Source of the DNA: an uncultured delta proteobacterium
GTDB taxonomy: Bacteria; Desulfobacterota; Binatia; Binatales; Binataceae
Assembly: GCA_963808235.1 (NCBI GenBank)
Contig: CAWEEQ010000002.1
Location: 128,001 to 192,000, forward strand
DNA length: 64,000 nt
Reading direction: 5' to 3'
The position numbers and the translations under genes are program-made. Positions 29,951 to 40,500 of this stretch are shown piece after piece; position 1 is the first letter of the stretch; every line of letters begins with the position of its first letter. Below the pieces are notes generated by a model, which had not been told where the DNA came from, did no database searches, and saw nothing but the letters and a program-made list of their open reading frames with translations.

Positions 29951-30586
29951 ATGCGAATAGTTCTTCGGCGCGGATTTCTGCTCGTCGGAATCCTCGTCCT
30001 CACGTTTGGCGGGGCCCTGCTCGACTCGGTGCACGCCGCCGACGTAAAGACAACTGAGGTAGCGACTTTCGCCGGCGGATGTTTCTGGTGCATGCAGCCC
30101 GCATTCGAGGGACTTCCCGGCGTCGTCTCGACAACCGTCGGCTACACCGGCGGGCAGAAGGTCAATCCGACTTACGAGGAAGTTTCCGCCGGCGGCACCG
30201 GCCACGCCGAATCGATCGAGGTAACTTTCGATCCGGCGAAGACCAGCTATCGCAAGATGCTCGATGTATTCTGGCACAATATCGATCCCACCACGCGCGA
30301 TCGCGAGTTCTGCGACGTCGGACATCAGTACCGCACCGCAATTTTTTTTCACGATCACGAACAGGAAATCGAAGCGAAGGAGTCTGAAGCCGCACTCGAA
30401 GAATCAAAGCCGTTCAGGGATCCGATCGTGACTGAAATCGTGCCAGCTTCGAAATTTTATCCAGCCGAGGACTATCACCAGGACTACTACAAGAAAAACC
30501 CGCTTCGATACGAGTTCTACCGCTACCGATGCGGTCGCGACCAGCGACTGCGCGAGCTGTGGGGCGCGGCCAGCGGCGGACATTAG
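29951..30586 (+). CDS. msrA: Periplasmic peptide-methionine (S)-S-oxide reductase
   Basis: Signal peptide, GGCFWC, GHAE, AEDYHQDY. Confidence 0.95.
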   Translation: MRIVLRRGFLLVGILVLTFGGALLDSVHAADVKTTEVATFAGGCFWCMQPAFEGLPGVVSTTVGYTGGQKVNPTYEEVSAGGTGHAESIEVTFDPAKTSYRKMLDVFWHNIDPTTRDREFCDVGHQYRTAIFFHDHEQEIEAKESEAALEESKPFRDPIVTEIVPASKFYPAEDYHQDYYKKNPLRYEFYRYRCGRDQRLRELWGAASGGH

Positions 30587-30631
30587 AAAACGCGCTCGAC
30601 TCGCAGCGAACGTCCCAGGAGAAATACAAAC

Positions 30632-31498
30632 ATGGCGTACGACGACGGAATCAAACCTCCGATGCTGCAAAATCAAATCTCGCGGCGCGCGTTCATGGTG
30701 GGGAGCCTCGCGGCCGGCTTTGCGCTGGCCGTGATGCCAGTGTCGGCGGAAACGATCACGACTGACAGCAACGGCCTGGTCGCCGGTGAAGTCAGGATTC
30801 CGGTCGAAGGCGGCGAGATTCCGGCGTATCGCGCGATGCCGGCGGTGGGCGGTCCCTTCCCTACCATCCTGGTCGTGCACGAGATTTTTGGCGTGCACGA
30901 GCATATCAAGGACATCTGCAGACGCCTCGCCAAACTCGGCTACTTCGCAGTCGCGCCGCTGCTCTACTCTCGCGAAGGCGACGTATCCGGTCTGAGTGAC
31001 GTGCCGTCGATTTTGAAGGTGGTCGCAAAAGTTCCCGACAAGGATGTCGCCGCCGACCTTGACGCAACGGTGGCATGGGCCAGGAGCACCGGAAAGGCCG
31101 ACACCACAAAATTGGGCATCACCGGATTTTGTTGGGGCGGCCGGCAGGTTTGGCTCTACGCCGCGCACAACCCGGCTCTCAAAGCCGCCGTCGCGTGGTA
31201 TGGTCCGCTGCAGTTGCCGCCAAGCGATCTCAGGCCGAAAAATCCGATCGATCTGGTGAATCAGATCAACGCGCCGGTACTCGGTCTCTACGGCGGCGCT
31301 GACCAGTCAATTCCGATTGCGCAAATCGAACAGATGCGGGCCGCACTGAAGGCCGCCGGCAAAAAATCAGAGATCGTCATCTATCCCGATACGCCGCACG
31401 GCTTCAACGCGGACTATCGTCCGAGCTACCGGCCCCAGGCGGCCAAGGACGGCTGGACCCGGATGCAGGCGTGGTTCAAGGAAAACGGCGTCGCGTGA
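30632..31498 (+). CDS. Tat-exported dienelactone hydrolase
   Basis: SRRAF Tat motif, HEIFG, GFCWGG, HGF. Confidence 0.92.
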   Translation: MAYDDGIKPPMLQNQISRRAFMVGSLAAGFALAVMPVSAETITTDSNGLVAGEVRIPVEGGEIPAYRAMPAVGGPFPTILVVHEIFGVHEHIKDICRRLAKLGYFAVAPLLYSREGDVSGLSDVPSILKVVAKVPDKDVAADLDATVAWARSTGKADTTKLGITGFCWGGRQVWLYAAHNPALKAAVAWYGPLQLPPSDLRPKNPIDLVNQINAPVLGLYGGADQSIPIAQIEQMRAALKAAGKKSEIVIYPDTPHGFNADYRPSYRPQAAKDGWTRMQAWFKENGVA

Positions 31499-31550
31499 AG
31501 TTCATCGAATCATTGTAGTAGCGGACTGACTATTGTTGTGGCTAATCACT

Positions 31551-33290
31551 TCAACTTGGATATGGATAGCCATTTGCGAGCACTTTGATTAGCTCCGCGT
31601 CATGGCCATAGATGTCTTCGAAGAATCGAACTTCGCCGTCCGGCTCGACTACCGCCGTACTATACAGAATCAGTACTGGAATCGGCTTGGCGAGATTCAC
31701 CTGAGTGGTGGTGTCGCCATTCATAACCGCGCGAATCCGGTCCACGGTCCACTCCGGCTTGTCCCTCAATACCCAGGCCGCCAGCCCGACTGGATTTTCA
31801 ACGCGGATACATCCGTGACTGAAGTCGCGCCGGGCGCGCGTGAACAACTCCGGCTCCGGCGTGCTATGCATGTAGACGTTGTAGGAATTCGGGAAAATGA
31901 ATTTTACCAGGCCGAGCGCATTTTTGGGCCCTGGTTTTTGCCGAATGCTGTAAGCGCCCGAACGAAGTCCGCTCATGACGCTGTCCGAAACCGATCCGTC
32001 GGACACGACGTCGCCGCCGCTGCTCACTATCTCGAATCCGTGATCCGCGAGATAGTTCGGGTCGCGCAAAGACTTTGGAACCAACTCCGATCTCTGGATC
32101 GAAGGCGGTACATTCCAATACGGGCGGAAGATCAGGTAGCGCATATTGTCGGCGAACACCGGGGTCTGCCGGCGCATCGCCTTGCCGACAACTACTCTCA
32201 TCGTCAAATATGGCGCCGGCTGCTTACGTAGGGTGCGCAGACGGAACTCCGGGATGTTGACGACGATGGGCGGCTCGGGGAAGTCGGGCGGAATCCATCG
32301 GTAGCGCTCGAGCGTAAGCTCAAGTTGTCGCACCCGGTAGCTGAGCGGCCGATTCAGTTGGGTCGCAGTGTCCTTGCCCAACACGCCGTCGGGCTCGAGT
32401 CCATGGCGCTGCTGGAAATGTTTCACCGCGTCGACGACGACGCCATCGTAGACAGTCTCATTCGTCGGCAGTGTGGCGGTCTGCGCCAGGTCTCCGAGCT
32501 GGTGAAGCCGCGCGACCAGTTGTGGCATTCCCGCAAACGACATCCGTGGACGGACGCCTTTTTGCGGCGTCGGCACAGCGGGCGCATCACCCGCACCGGC
32601 GAGCTTCAGGTAGATCGCGAGAGCATCTTCGGCTCGTCGGTAACCTTCGTAAGGTGGCTCGTCTTTCGCGATTAGTGCCGGAACGTCCGCGACTGTCAGC
32701 ACTTGGGTTCGAATGAATTCGGGCAGATCAAATTTCTTCGGTCCAACCTCAAGACCAAACTTGAAATGCTGAGGGTTGACCCTTCCGATGCGCAAATCGG
32801 AGATGTAGCGCATCGTGGATACCGTCAGGGCGAGATCGATGTGCGCTACGTCCGAGTCCGACGGCACGCGTTGCAACTTCGCGATTCGCGCATCCCATAG
32901 CGCCGCATCGTAGTCATCGGGATTGAGACCCCTAAGCGAAGCTTGTTTGAATAGCGTAATCATCGCGAGCGCCTGAGGGATGGGCTGCTTGCTTTTGATC
33001 CACGCGGGCGAATTCGCTCCCGAGTCATAAAACTTTTTGACGTCCGCCCGGTAATCGGTGAAATTCGGCCAGTGCAAGTCGGTGAGAGTTCCCGCCGAGA
33101 TGAGAGTGGCGAGTTCCGTCTGGGCGGGCGTCGATAGATTCGAAACTTGCGTCGCGGTTGCGCCGGCCATAGGAGAGCTCGCAGGTTGCTGGCACATCGC
33201 CGGGACCGGATGCATCGCAATGGTCATCGCCAACGTGACCCCGCAAACTTTCCATGATCGCATCTTCATCATCGTGTCTCTCATTCTCAT
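31551..33290 (-). CDS. L,D-transpeptidase, YcbB/LdtD-like (start uncertain among several Met)
   Basis: PG-binding FQQRHGL..DG, VNIP, NALGLVKF, HSTP, SHGCIR. Confidence 0.92.
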   Translation of the reverse strand: MRMRDTMMKMRSWKVCGVTLAMTIAMHPVPAMCQQPASSPMAGATATQVSNLSTPAQTELATLISAGTLTDLHWPNFTDYRADVKKFYDSGANSPAWIKSKQPIPQALAMITLFKQASLRGLNPDDYDAALWDARIAKLQRVPSDSDVAHIDLALTVSTMRYISDLRIGRVNPQHFKFGLEVGPKKFDLPEFIRTQVLTVADVPALIAKDEPPYEGYRRAEDALAIYLKLAGAGDAPAVPTPQKGVRPRMSFAGMPQLVARLHQLGDLAQTATLPTNETVYDGVVVDAVKHFQQRHGLEPDGVLGKDTATQLNRPLSYRVRQLELTLERYRWIPPDFPEPPIVVNIPEFRLRTLRKQPAPYLTMRVVVGKAMRRQTPVFADNMRYLIFRPYWNVPPSIQRSELVPKSLRDPNYLADHGFEIVSSGGDVVSDGSVSDSVMSGLRSGAYSIRQKPGPKNALGLVKFIFPNSYNVYMHSTPEPELFTRARRDFSHGCIRVENPVGLAAWVLRDKPEWTVDRIRAVMNGDTTTQVNLAKPIPVLILYSTAVVEPDGEVRFFEDIYGHDAELIKVLANGYPYPS

Positions 33291-33448
33291 TGGCAGAACA
33301 CTCTACATAAGTTGCGTCGTTAAGCCTCCCAATCCCCGGACATAAAATTCGGCGTCAGCGGGCACTTTCGCCCGGTCGGCTCGCCATGCTTTAGATACAA
33401 AATCAGGCAAGCACTCGAGCGTCTTGATGAGAAAGAGATGAAAGCAAC

Positions 33449-36400
33449 ATGATCCCGAAAAGTCTTTTGATCGCCAACCGCGGTGAGATCGCAATTCGCG
33501 TCATGCGCGCCGCCGCCGAAATGAACATCGGCACGGTGGCAGTTTTCTCGGAGGACGACGCGCGTTCTCTCCACACGCGCAAGGCTGACGAAGCCCGTCG
33601 CCTGAACGGGATTGGCGCCGCCGCTTACCTTGACATGGAACAAATTATCGAGGTTGCCAAACTGGCAGGATGCGACGCCATCCATCCCGGTTATGGCTTC
33701 CTCAGCGAGAAGGCAGGCTTCGCGAGGCGATGCGCCGACGAAGGGATCATGTTTGTGGGTCCGCGTCCCGAGATACTCGAGCTGTTTGGCGACAAGGTAC
33801 AGGCTCGCGCATTGGCGGCTCAGTGCGGAATCCCCCTGCTGCGAGGCACTTCGGGCGCCACCAGCCTCGATGAAGCGAGAGAATTTTTTTCATCGCTGGG
33901 CAGTGGCGCTTCGATGATGATCAAGGCGGTTGCCGGCGGTGGCGGCCGCGGCATGCGCATCGTCCATCGCGTCGAGGAAATCGCTGAGGCTTATAAACGC
34001 TGTCAGTCCGAAGCGCGCGCCGCATTCGCGAACGCCGATGTTTACGTCGAGCAGTTGATGCCGCGTGCGCGTCATATCGAAGTGCAAATTATCGGCGATA
34101 AATCGGGCGGCGTCAGTCACCTCTGGGAGCGCGAGTGCAGCATCCAGCGGCGCAATCAGAAAATCGTCGAAGTCGCGCCGAGCGCGGGGCTCGCGCCTGC
34201 CCTTCGCGATCGATTGACTGCGGCTGCGGTGCGAATGGCGACCGAGGTCCGCTACGACAATCTCGGCACCTTCGAGTTCCTGGCCAATGCTGCATTGGAA
34301 AAAAACGACGAAGCGGCGTTCGCATTCATCGAGGCCAACCCTAGACTGCAAGTCGAACATACGGTCACGGAAGAAGTGACCGGCATCGATCTCGTCAAGC
34401 TGCAACTACAACTGGCGGCGGGCAGCACGCTCGCGGAGCTAGGGATGCGGCAAGCCGAAATTCCGAAACCGCGCGGGTTCGCGATTCAGATGCGAATCAA
34501 CATGGAGTCGATGTCCGCGGATGGCGGCGCAAAACCGTCGGGCGGAACGTTGACCGCATTCGACGCGCCATCGGGACCCGGTGTGCGCACCGACTCGTTC
34601 GCATATGCCGGCTACACCACGAGTCCTAACTTCGACTCACTGCTCGCCAAAGTTATCGCACGTTCGCCGTCGAACGACTTCGCCGCGGCAGTTAGCAAGG
34701 CGTATCGCGCGCTCTGCGAATTCAGAATTGAAGGCGTTTCGACCAATGTTGGATTCCTGCAAAGCCTTTTGCGGCATCCCGATTTTGTAGCAAATCGCGT
34801 CTACACAAGATTCGTAGAGGACCATATCGCGGAGCTCGTCGGTCGAGCGAATTCCGACCATCAGCGTTTTTTCTTCGACGAAACGCCGGCCAAGCAGCCC
34901 GCGGATCTCCGGAAGATTCCCTCCGCCACTGACGTGGCGGGAAAGCGCGCCGGAGCAAAAATAGATGCGAGCGATCCTCTCGCCGTACTTCATCACGGCA
35001 AAACCGGCGGCGAGATCGGCGTCCGGACCGCATCGGAAGTATCGACGCGCGCTGCTTTGCGCTCGCACGAGATCGAGGCGCCCGCGAACACCGTTGCGAT
35101 CGCTGCCCCGATGCAGGGAACGATTGTTTCGATCGATGTGCAGGAAGGCGAGCGAGTCCATCGCGGTCAACAGCTGTTCGTCATGGAAGCGATGAAGATG
35201 GAGCACGTTATCCAGACGGACAAGAGCGGCATCGTGCGGCGCATCACGGTCGCTATTGGCGACGCGATCTTCGACGGACATCCGCTCGCGTTCATCGAGG
35301 AGGCCGATGTCGAGACTGCTGCGACCGCGGACGCGGAGCAGGTCGATCTGGATCGCGTGCGTCCCGATCTCGCCGAAGTTCAGCAACGTCATGCGCTCGG
35401 GCTCGACGCGGCACGCCCGGAAGCAGTTGCTCGCCGCCGCAAGACCGGCCAGCGCACCACTCGCGAAAATATCGACGACCTGTGCGACCCCGGCACATTT
35501 GTGGAATACGGGCCGCTGGTCATCGCGGCCCAGCGTCGGCGCCGCACGATCGAAGACCTGATCAAAAATACTCCTGCCGACGGGATGGTCGCCGGGATCG
35601 GACGCGTCAATGGCGACTTGTTCGAGGAATCCAAATCTCAGTGCATTCTCATGTCCTATGACTACACGGTGCTCGCCGGCACTCAGGGTCAGCAGAACCA
35701 TCGCAAGAAAGATCGGATGTTCGAAATCGCGCAGAAGTCGCGTCTGCCGGTGGTCTTCTTCACCGAGGGCGGTGGAGGACGTCCCGGCGACACCGACGGC
35801 CTGGGAGTGGCAGGACTAGACTGTCTCGCCTTCAACTACTGGGGAAAATTGAGCGGCCTGGTGCCGCTGGTCGGGATTAATTCGGGGCGATGCTTCGCGG
35901 GAAACGCCGCGTTGCTCGGGTGCTGCGACTTGGTAATCGCGACCAAAGGCTCGAACATCGGGATGGGCGGTCCCGCGATGATCGAAGGAGGCGGACTAGG
36001 TATCTTCCGTCCCGAAGAAGTAGGCCCGATGGATGTGCAAGTAGCTAATGGAGTCGTGGATATTCCGGTCGCCGACGAGCTCGAGGCGGTACGCGTGGCG
36101 AGGAAGTACCTATCTTACTTTCAGGGTGCGCTGCGCGACTGGGCATGCGCCGATCAGCGTCTTTTGCGCGGAATAATTCCCGAAAACAGGCTTCGCATTT
36201 ATGACGTTCGAGCGGTTATCGAAACCCTTGCCGACACCGGCTCGGTGCTCGAGATACGCCGCCATTTTGGTCTCGGGATGGTGACCGGCTTGATCAGAAT
36301 CGAGGGCCATCCGGTCGGCCTCGTCGCCAACAACCCCGTTTATCTCGCGGGCGCGATCGACAGCAACGGCGCCGACAAAGCCGCGCGATTCATGCAGTTG

Positions 36401-36913
36401 TGCGACGCCTTCGACATACCGATCCTGTTCCTCTGCGATACTCCCGGCATCATGGTTGGTCCCGAGGTCGAGAAAACCGCGCTGGTGCGCCACGCGTCCA
36501 GGATGTTTGTGACCGGCGCGAACATCACCGTTCCCTTCTTCACGATCATACTTCGCAAGGGCTACGGCTTGGGCGCGCAGGCGATGGCGGGCGGCAGTTT
36601 CAAAGCGCCGTTCTTCACGGTCGCGTGGCCGACCGGCGAGTTCGGAGGCATGGGACTCGAAGGGGCAGTTAAGCTTGGCTACCGCAACGAACTGGCCGCT
36701 GTCGAAGAACCGGACAAGCGCAAAGCACTCTTTGACGAGATGGTCGACCGGATGTATCGCCACGGCAAGGCGGTGAATACCGCGTCGCACTTCGAAATCG
36801 ATGACGTTATCGATCCATTCGATTCGCGCAAATGGATAGTCGGTGCACTGCGCTCAGCGCCTCCGACTGCGCCGCGTCACGGCAAGAAGCGTCCCAACAT
36901 CGACACCTGGTGA
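33449..36913 (+). CDS. Single-chain biotin-dependent acyl-CoA carboxylase (BC-BCCP-CT)
   Basis: IANRGEIA, GGGGRG, RLQVEH, EAMKM, then carboxyltransferase domain. Confidence 0.93.
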   Translation: MIPKSLLIANRGEIAIRVMRAAAEMNIGTVAVFSEDDARSLHTRKADEARRLNGIGAAAYLDMEQIIEVAKLAGCDAIHPGYGFLSEKAGFARRCADEGIMFVGPRPEILELFGDKVQARALAAQCGIPLLRGTSGATSLDEAREFFSSLGSGASMMIKAVAGGGGRGMRIVHRVEEIAEAYKRCQSEARAAFANADVYVEQLMPRARHIEVQIIGDKSGGVSHLWERECSIQRRNQKIVEVAPSAGLAPALRDRLTAAAVRMATEVRYDNLGTFEFLANAALEKNDEAAFAFIEANPRLQVEHTVTEEVTGIDLVKLQLQLAAGSTLAELGMRQAEIPKPRGFAIQMRINMESMSADGGAKPSGGTLTAFDAPSGPGVRTDSFAYAGYTTSPNFDSLLAKVIARSPSNDFAAAVSKAYRALCEFRIEGVSTNVGFLQSLLRHPDFVANRVYTRFVEDHIAELVGRANSDHQRFFFDETPAKQPADLRKIPSATDVAGKRAGAKIDASDPLAVLHHGKTGGEIGVRTASEVSTRAALRSHEIEAPANTVAIAAPMQGTIVSIDVQEGERVHRGQQLFVMEAMKMEHVIQTDKSGIVRRITVAIGDAIFDGHPLAFIEEADVETAATADAEQVDLDRVRPDLAEVQQRHALGLDAARPEAVARRRKTGQRTTRENIDDLCDPGTFVEYGPLVIAAQRRRRTIEDLIKNTPADGMVAGIGRVNGDLFEESKSQCILMSYDYTVLAGTQGQQNHRKKDRMFEIAQKSRLPVVFFTEGGGGRPGDTDGLGVAGLDCLAFNYWGKLSGLVPLVGINSGRCFAGNAALLGCCDLVIATKGSNIGMGGPAMIEGGGLGIFRPEEVGPMDVQVANGVVDIPVADELEAVRVARKYLSYFQGALRDWACADQRLLRGIIPENRLRIYDVRAVIETLADTGSVLEIRRHFGLGMVTGLIRIEGHPVGLVANNPVYLAGAIDSNGADKAARFMQLCDAFDIPILFLCDTPGIMVGPEVEKTALVRHASRMFVTGANITVPFFTIILRKGYGLGAQAMAGGSFKAPFFTVAWPTGEFGGMGLEGAVKLGYRNELAAVEEPDKRKALFDEMVDRMYRHGKAVNTASHFEIDDVIDPFDSRKWIVGALRSAPPTAPRHGKKRPNIDTW

Positions 36914-36917
36914 CCTG

Positions 36918-38546
36918 ATGCGGGAAGGGCCGAAGAAGCTTGACGACATTCTCGCCGACGACCGCGAGACGCTCCGTCAGCTCGGCTACGCTCAGGAATT
37001 GTTTCGCGAGATGGGCGGTTTCGCGAACTTCGCCGTTTCCTTTTCGATCATTTCTATCCTTACCGGCACCGTCCTTCTCTTCGGTTACGGTCTCAAGTTC
37101 GGTGGGCCGATTATCAACACGGTCGGATGGCCGATAGTCAGTGTCTTCGTACTCTGCGTCGCAGCATCGATGGCGGAAATAGCCTCGGCCTATCCCACCG
37201 CTGGCGGTTTGTACTATTGGGCTTTTCGAATGGGCGGCCGCGAGTGGGCCTGGAGTTGCGCGTGGCTGAATATGATTGGCCAGATTACTATCACCGCCGG
37301 AGTGAATATCGGAGCTGCTACTTACCTTACGGGTCTACTTACTAATGCACTGGGTATACCGCCCAACACTTCCGTACCGATACTCGGCGCGGTAAACGGT
37401 TGGAACTTCTGGCTTGCCGCGATGGTCGCGCTGATGGTGCCGCAAGTCCTCATAAACATGCGAGGTCTCAAGTTGGTATCGATGCTCAGCGATTTCAGCG
37501 TCGTCTGGCATATCGCCGGCGTGACGATACTTGCCTTGCTGCTCACCTTCGCCGGCGAGTATCGAAACGGCTGGCACTTTCTTTTTTCGACGACCCATCC
37601 GGCCAACCCGATAGATCAAATGACGAGCTTCGCGATCGGTCCAATCACAGTTCCATCTCTAATCATGAAGATCCCGGGCGTCCGCGAGCTCTATGCGTCG
37701 GGCCCTTACGCGTTCAGTTTCATGCTCGGCCTTCTCCAGGCGCAATGGACCTACACCGGTTACGACGCGTCTGCGCACATGGCCGAAGAGACGTACCTGG
37801 CGCGCATGAATTCCGCCTGGGGAGTGTTCCTGTCGGTCGCCGTCTCGGCGGTCGTTGGTTACGTCGCCTTGCTTGCACTGACCAACTCGATTCCACCGGG
37901 AAAGATTGCCGAGACAGTCGGCGATCCGTATCCGGTGTTATACATAGTCAGAAACGCGTTGCGTCCATTTTTTGCTAATTTGATCGCATTGATTATCGCG
38001 GGCGCCATGTGGCTATGCGGCCTTGCTTCGATTACATCGATGGCGCGGGTTTGCTTCGCCTTCAGCCGTGACAGAGGCCTTCCCGGCAGTAACCTGCTGA
38101 GTCAGGTCAGTCGCAAATGGGGGACGCCGGTCAATGCGATCATAGTTACCAGCCTGATGGTGGTAGTCGTAACCTTCTACTCAGCTACATATGCAGTAGT
38201 TACTTCCATGAGTACGACTGCTCTCTATCTCGCGTATATCATTCCGGTGTTTTTGAACTATCGGAACAAGCGTCGCCAACATGGTGAGTTTACTACCCAG
38301 GTTTTAGCTCCATGGAGCTTAGGCAGATTCGGTCCGGCTATTAATCTGGTTTCGATAGTCTGGGTAGTCTTTATAACCGTGCTGTTCTCGATCCCGCCCA
38401 ACGAACTTGCCGGACTGACGATGGTAGGTCTCGGAGTCATTCTTTTTTTATATTGGCAGTTGTCACAGAAACATCATTTTCAGGGACCACGAAAGGCCGG
38501 TGCCGTAGACATGGGCGAGGCGGTAGCGAGTCCGCGGCCGACTTGA
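36918..38546 (+). CDS. APC family amino acid permease
   Basis: LGYAQEL, PTAGGLYYW, TGYDASAHMAEET, FAFSRD. Confidence 0.92.
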   Translation: MREGPKKLDDILADDRETLRQLGYAQELFREMGGFANFAVSFSIISILTGTVLLFGYGLKFGGPIINTVGWPIVSVFVLCVAASMAEIASAYPTAGGLYYWAFRMGGREWAWSCAWLNMIGQITITAGVNIGAATYLTGLLTNALGIPPNTSVPILGAVNGWNFWLAAMVALMVPQVLINMRGLKLVSMLSDFSVVWHIAGVTILALLLTFAGEYRNGWHFLFSTTHPANPIDQMTSFAIGPITVPSLIMKIPGVRELYASGPYAFSFMLGLLQAQWTYTGYDASAHMAEETYLARMNSAWGVFLSVAVSAVVGYVALLALTNSIPPGKIAETVGDPYPVLYIVRNALRPFFANLIALIIAGAMWLCGLASITSMARVCFAFSRDRGLPGSNLLSQVSRKWGTPVNAIIVTSLMVVVVTFYSATYAVVTSMSTTALYLAYIIPVFLNYRNKRRQHGEFTTQVLAPWSLGRFGPAINLVSIVWVVFITVLFSIPPNELAGLTMVGLGVILFLYWQLSQKHHFQGPRKAGAVDMGEAVASPRPT

Positions 38547-38637
38547 AAGCGGGTTCGCCAAGTTCGCGGCCGGATTGGCCGTCGCGAGACCCGCACGCCG
38601 CGGATGGTTAAAGCTCAATCGCAAGAGGAGTCGGCCG

Positions 38638-39321
38638 ATGCTGGCAAAGATCAGGCGCAATATCGTCGCGGGAATTCTGACCTTCATTCCTATCTGGGTT
38701 ACGGTCTGGGTGATCAGTTTCCTGGTCGGACTCCTGGTTTCGCTGGGCAGCCCGATTGTCAGTGCATTTGTAGCGCGGCTGCGCCAACAGTCGCCGACTC
38801 TGGCCGAAGGATTTTCTGCGCCATGGTTTCAGGCGACGATCTCAATCGCGATCGTGCTCGCGGCCCTGTATGTTCTCGGCGAGATTGCTACCGCGGTCGC
38901 GGGCCGCCGATTGCTCGCGGCTTTCGACTACCTGATGGCGCGCATTCCGATCGTGCAATCGATCTACGGCGCCGCGCGACAACTGGTCGCGAGCTTCCAG
39001 AGCAAGCCCGGCGGTTCCGAGCGCGTCGTTCTGATCGAATTTCCGTCGCCGGAAATGAAAACGATCGGCCTGGTGACCCGAATCTTTAGCGACGCCGACA
39101 CCGGCGAAGAGATCGCCGCCGTCTACGTGCCTACCACGCCGAATCCGACTTCCGGTTATATGGAGTTGGTCCCGACCAGCCGGCTCGTGATGCTCGATTG
39201 GACGATCAACGAGGCAATGACTTTCATCATGTCAGGCGGCGCGGCAGCGCCCCCAAAGCTGCACTATTCGCGAGGTGCGAGCGCGTCGACATCGACGCCG
39301 AACACGAGGCCCCGCGCGTAG
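38638..39321 (+). CDS. DUF502 family membrane protein
   Basis: RIPIVQSIY, VYVPTTPNPTSGY. Confidence 0.9.
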   Translation: MLAKIRRNIVAGILTFIPIWVTVWVISFLVGLLVSLGSPIVSAFVARLRQQSPTLAEGFSAPWFQATISIAIVLAALYVLGEIATAVAGRRLLAAFDYLMARIPIVQSIYGAARQLVASFQSKPGGSERVVLIEFPSPEMKTIGLVTRIFSDADTGEEIAAVYVPTTPNPTSGYMELVPTSRLVMLDWTINEAMTFIMSGGAAAPPKLHYSRGASASTSTPNTRPRA

Positions 39322-39339
39322 TATCGCGCGTCCGGAGAA

Positions 39340-39600
39340 TTACGCTGTCGCGCTTCGCCCTGCGACTGCGTGATACAGAACCAGCAGCACCACTGCGCCG
39401 ACGGTTGCGACCATGATGCTTCTGAGGTCCAGCCCAGTCACGCCCGCCGATCCCATCGCAGTGAAAATCCACCCGCCGATAAAAGCGCCCACTATTCCGA
39501 GCACGATATCGCGGATCATTCCTTCGCCGCCGCGATTCACAATCAGGCTGCCCAGGTAGCCGGCGATTAGTCCCACAATAAGCCACGCGATAATACCCAT
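39340..39600 (-). CDS. GlsB/YeaQ/YmgE family membrane protein
   Basis: MGIIAWLIVGLIAG...IVLGIVGAFIGG. Confidence 0.92.
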   Translation of the reverse strand: MGIIAWLIVGLIAGYLGSLIVNRGGEGMIRDIVLGIVGAFIGGWIFTAMGSAGVTGLDLRSIMVATVGAVVLLVLYHAVAGRSATA

Positions 39601-39865
39601 GATTCACCTTTAGCGCGCTGTGTTCGTTCGTTTACGACTGATCTTCATGTTACCACAAATCCCGATTCCTCTTGTTGCAATTTGAGTTCCCTTCAGCACC
39701 GACACTTGTTGTTGAATTTCGCATTAACTGAGTAAGCTGACTTAGTAACGATGCCGCGGCGAAAATCAGGCAAAATTCCTGGATTCCTGCGAGGATCGTG
39801 TAACTCTTGCATACCTGCTGGAAGAAAGGTTGGCGCCCTGGATTCGATAGTACGTGGACTTTTTC

Positions 39866-39881
39866 CGGTACGGGATTTGCG
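39866..39881 (+). promoter_or_regulatory. Candidate sigma54 promoter
   Basis: CGGTACGGGATTTGCG has GG-N10-GC with TTGC, about 45 nt upstream of the SD/ATG at 39927. Confidence 0.45.
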
Positions 39882-39926
39882 TCATTTAGGAGGTTTGGAT
39901 CGTCGATAATAAAGGAGAGTGAAAGT

Positions 39927-40289
39927 ATGAAACGCTTATCAACTCTGATCATTGCATTCGCACTCCCTGTCGCTTTCGCCGCTCCGGCGTTGGCGCAAGA
40001 TGGCAAGACGCTCGGCACTGTCGTCAACGGCAACAAAACGATCGAATTCAAAGCGGCCGATTCCCACGACATCGACACCGCCAAGCTCAAGATCTGGAAT
40101 GACTTTGCGGCCGAGCATCCGGAGATTGCGAAGCAACTTGCCTACAAACCGGCGCTGATCAACGACGACGCGTTCGCGAAGAAACATCCCGAGCTCGACT
40201 CGTTCTTCTCCGCACATCCTGATATTCGCGAGGCGATGGCCGAGAACCCGGGCAACTACGTCGCGATTCCGCCTCGTCCGGGCGAATAG
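39927..40289 (+). CDS. Secreted hypothetical protein
   Basis: SD AAGGAG, signal peptide ALA-Q, repeated F..HP[ED] units. Confidence 0.78.
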   Translation: MKRLSTLIIAFALPVAFAAPALAQDGKTLGTVVNGNKTIEFKAADSHDIDTAKLKIWNDFAAEHPEIAKQLAYKPALINDDAFAKKHPELDSFFSAHPDIREAMAENPGNYVAIPPRPGE

Positions 40290-40341
40290 CGGCGCGCTCT
40301 GCGAGCAATAGATCCGGCTGGATCTAATCGCTCGACAGTTT

Positions 40342-40396
40342 GATCGAATGACTACTGGCCCAGTATCAACTCGCGCCGGTAGTCATTCGATCTTTT
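40342..40396 (+). terminator. 18-bp stem-loop followed by TTTT between convergent genes
   Basis: GATCGAATGACTACTGGC ... GCCGGTAGTCATTCGATC-TTTT. Confidence 0.55.
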
Positions 40397-40500
40397 CACT
40401 ACTAGTTAGACAGTAGCCTGAACAAGGTGACCACCGGTGCGCGCCTATGCCCACGCCGGCAGTCGTCGATCGTTTCTATTGAGTCTTGCCTGAAGTCCGG

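Noticed and set aside
37900-38500. AT-richer 3' half of the amino acid permease as a mosaic gene
   Set aside because: Hydrophobic TM codons can explain much of it, and it cannot be quantified without computation.
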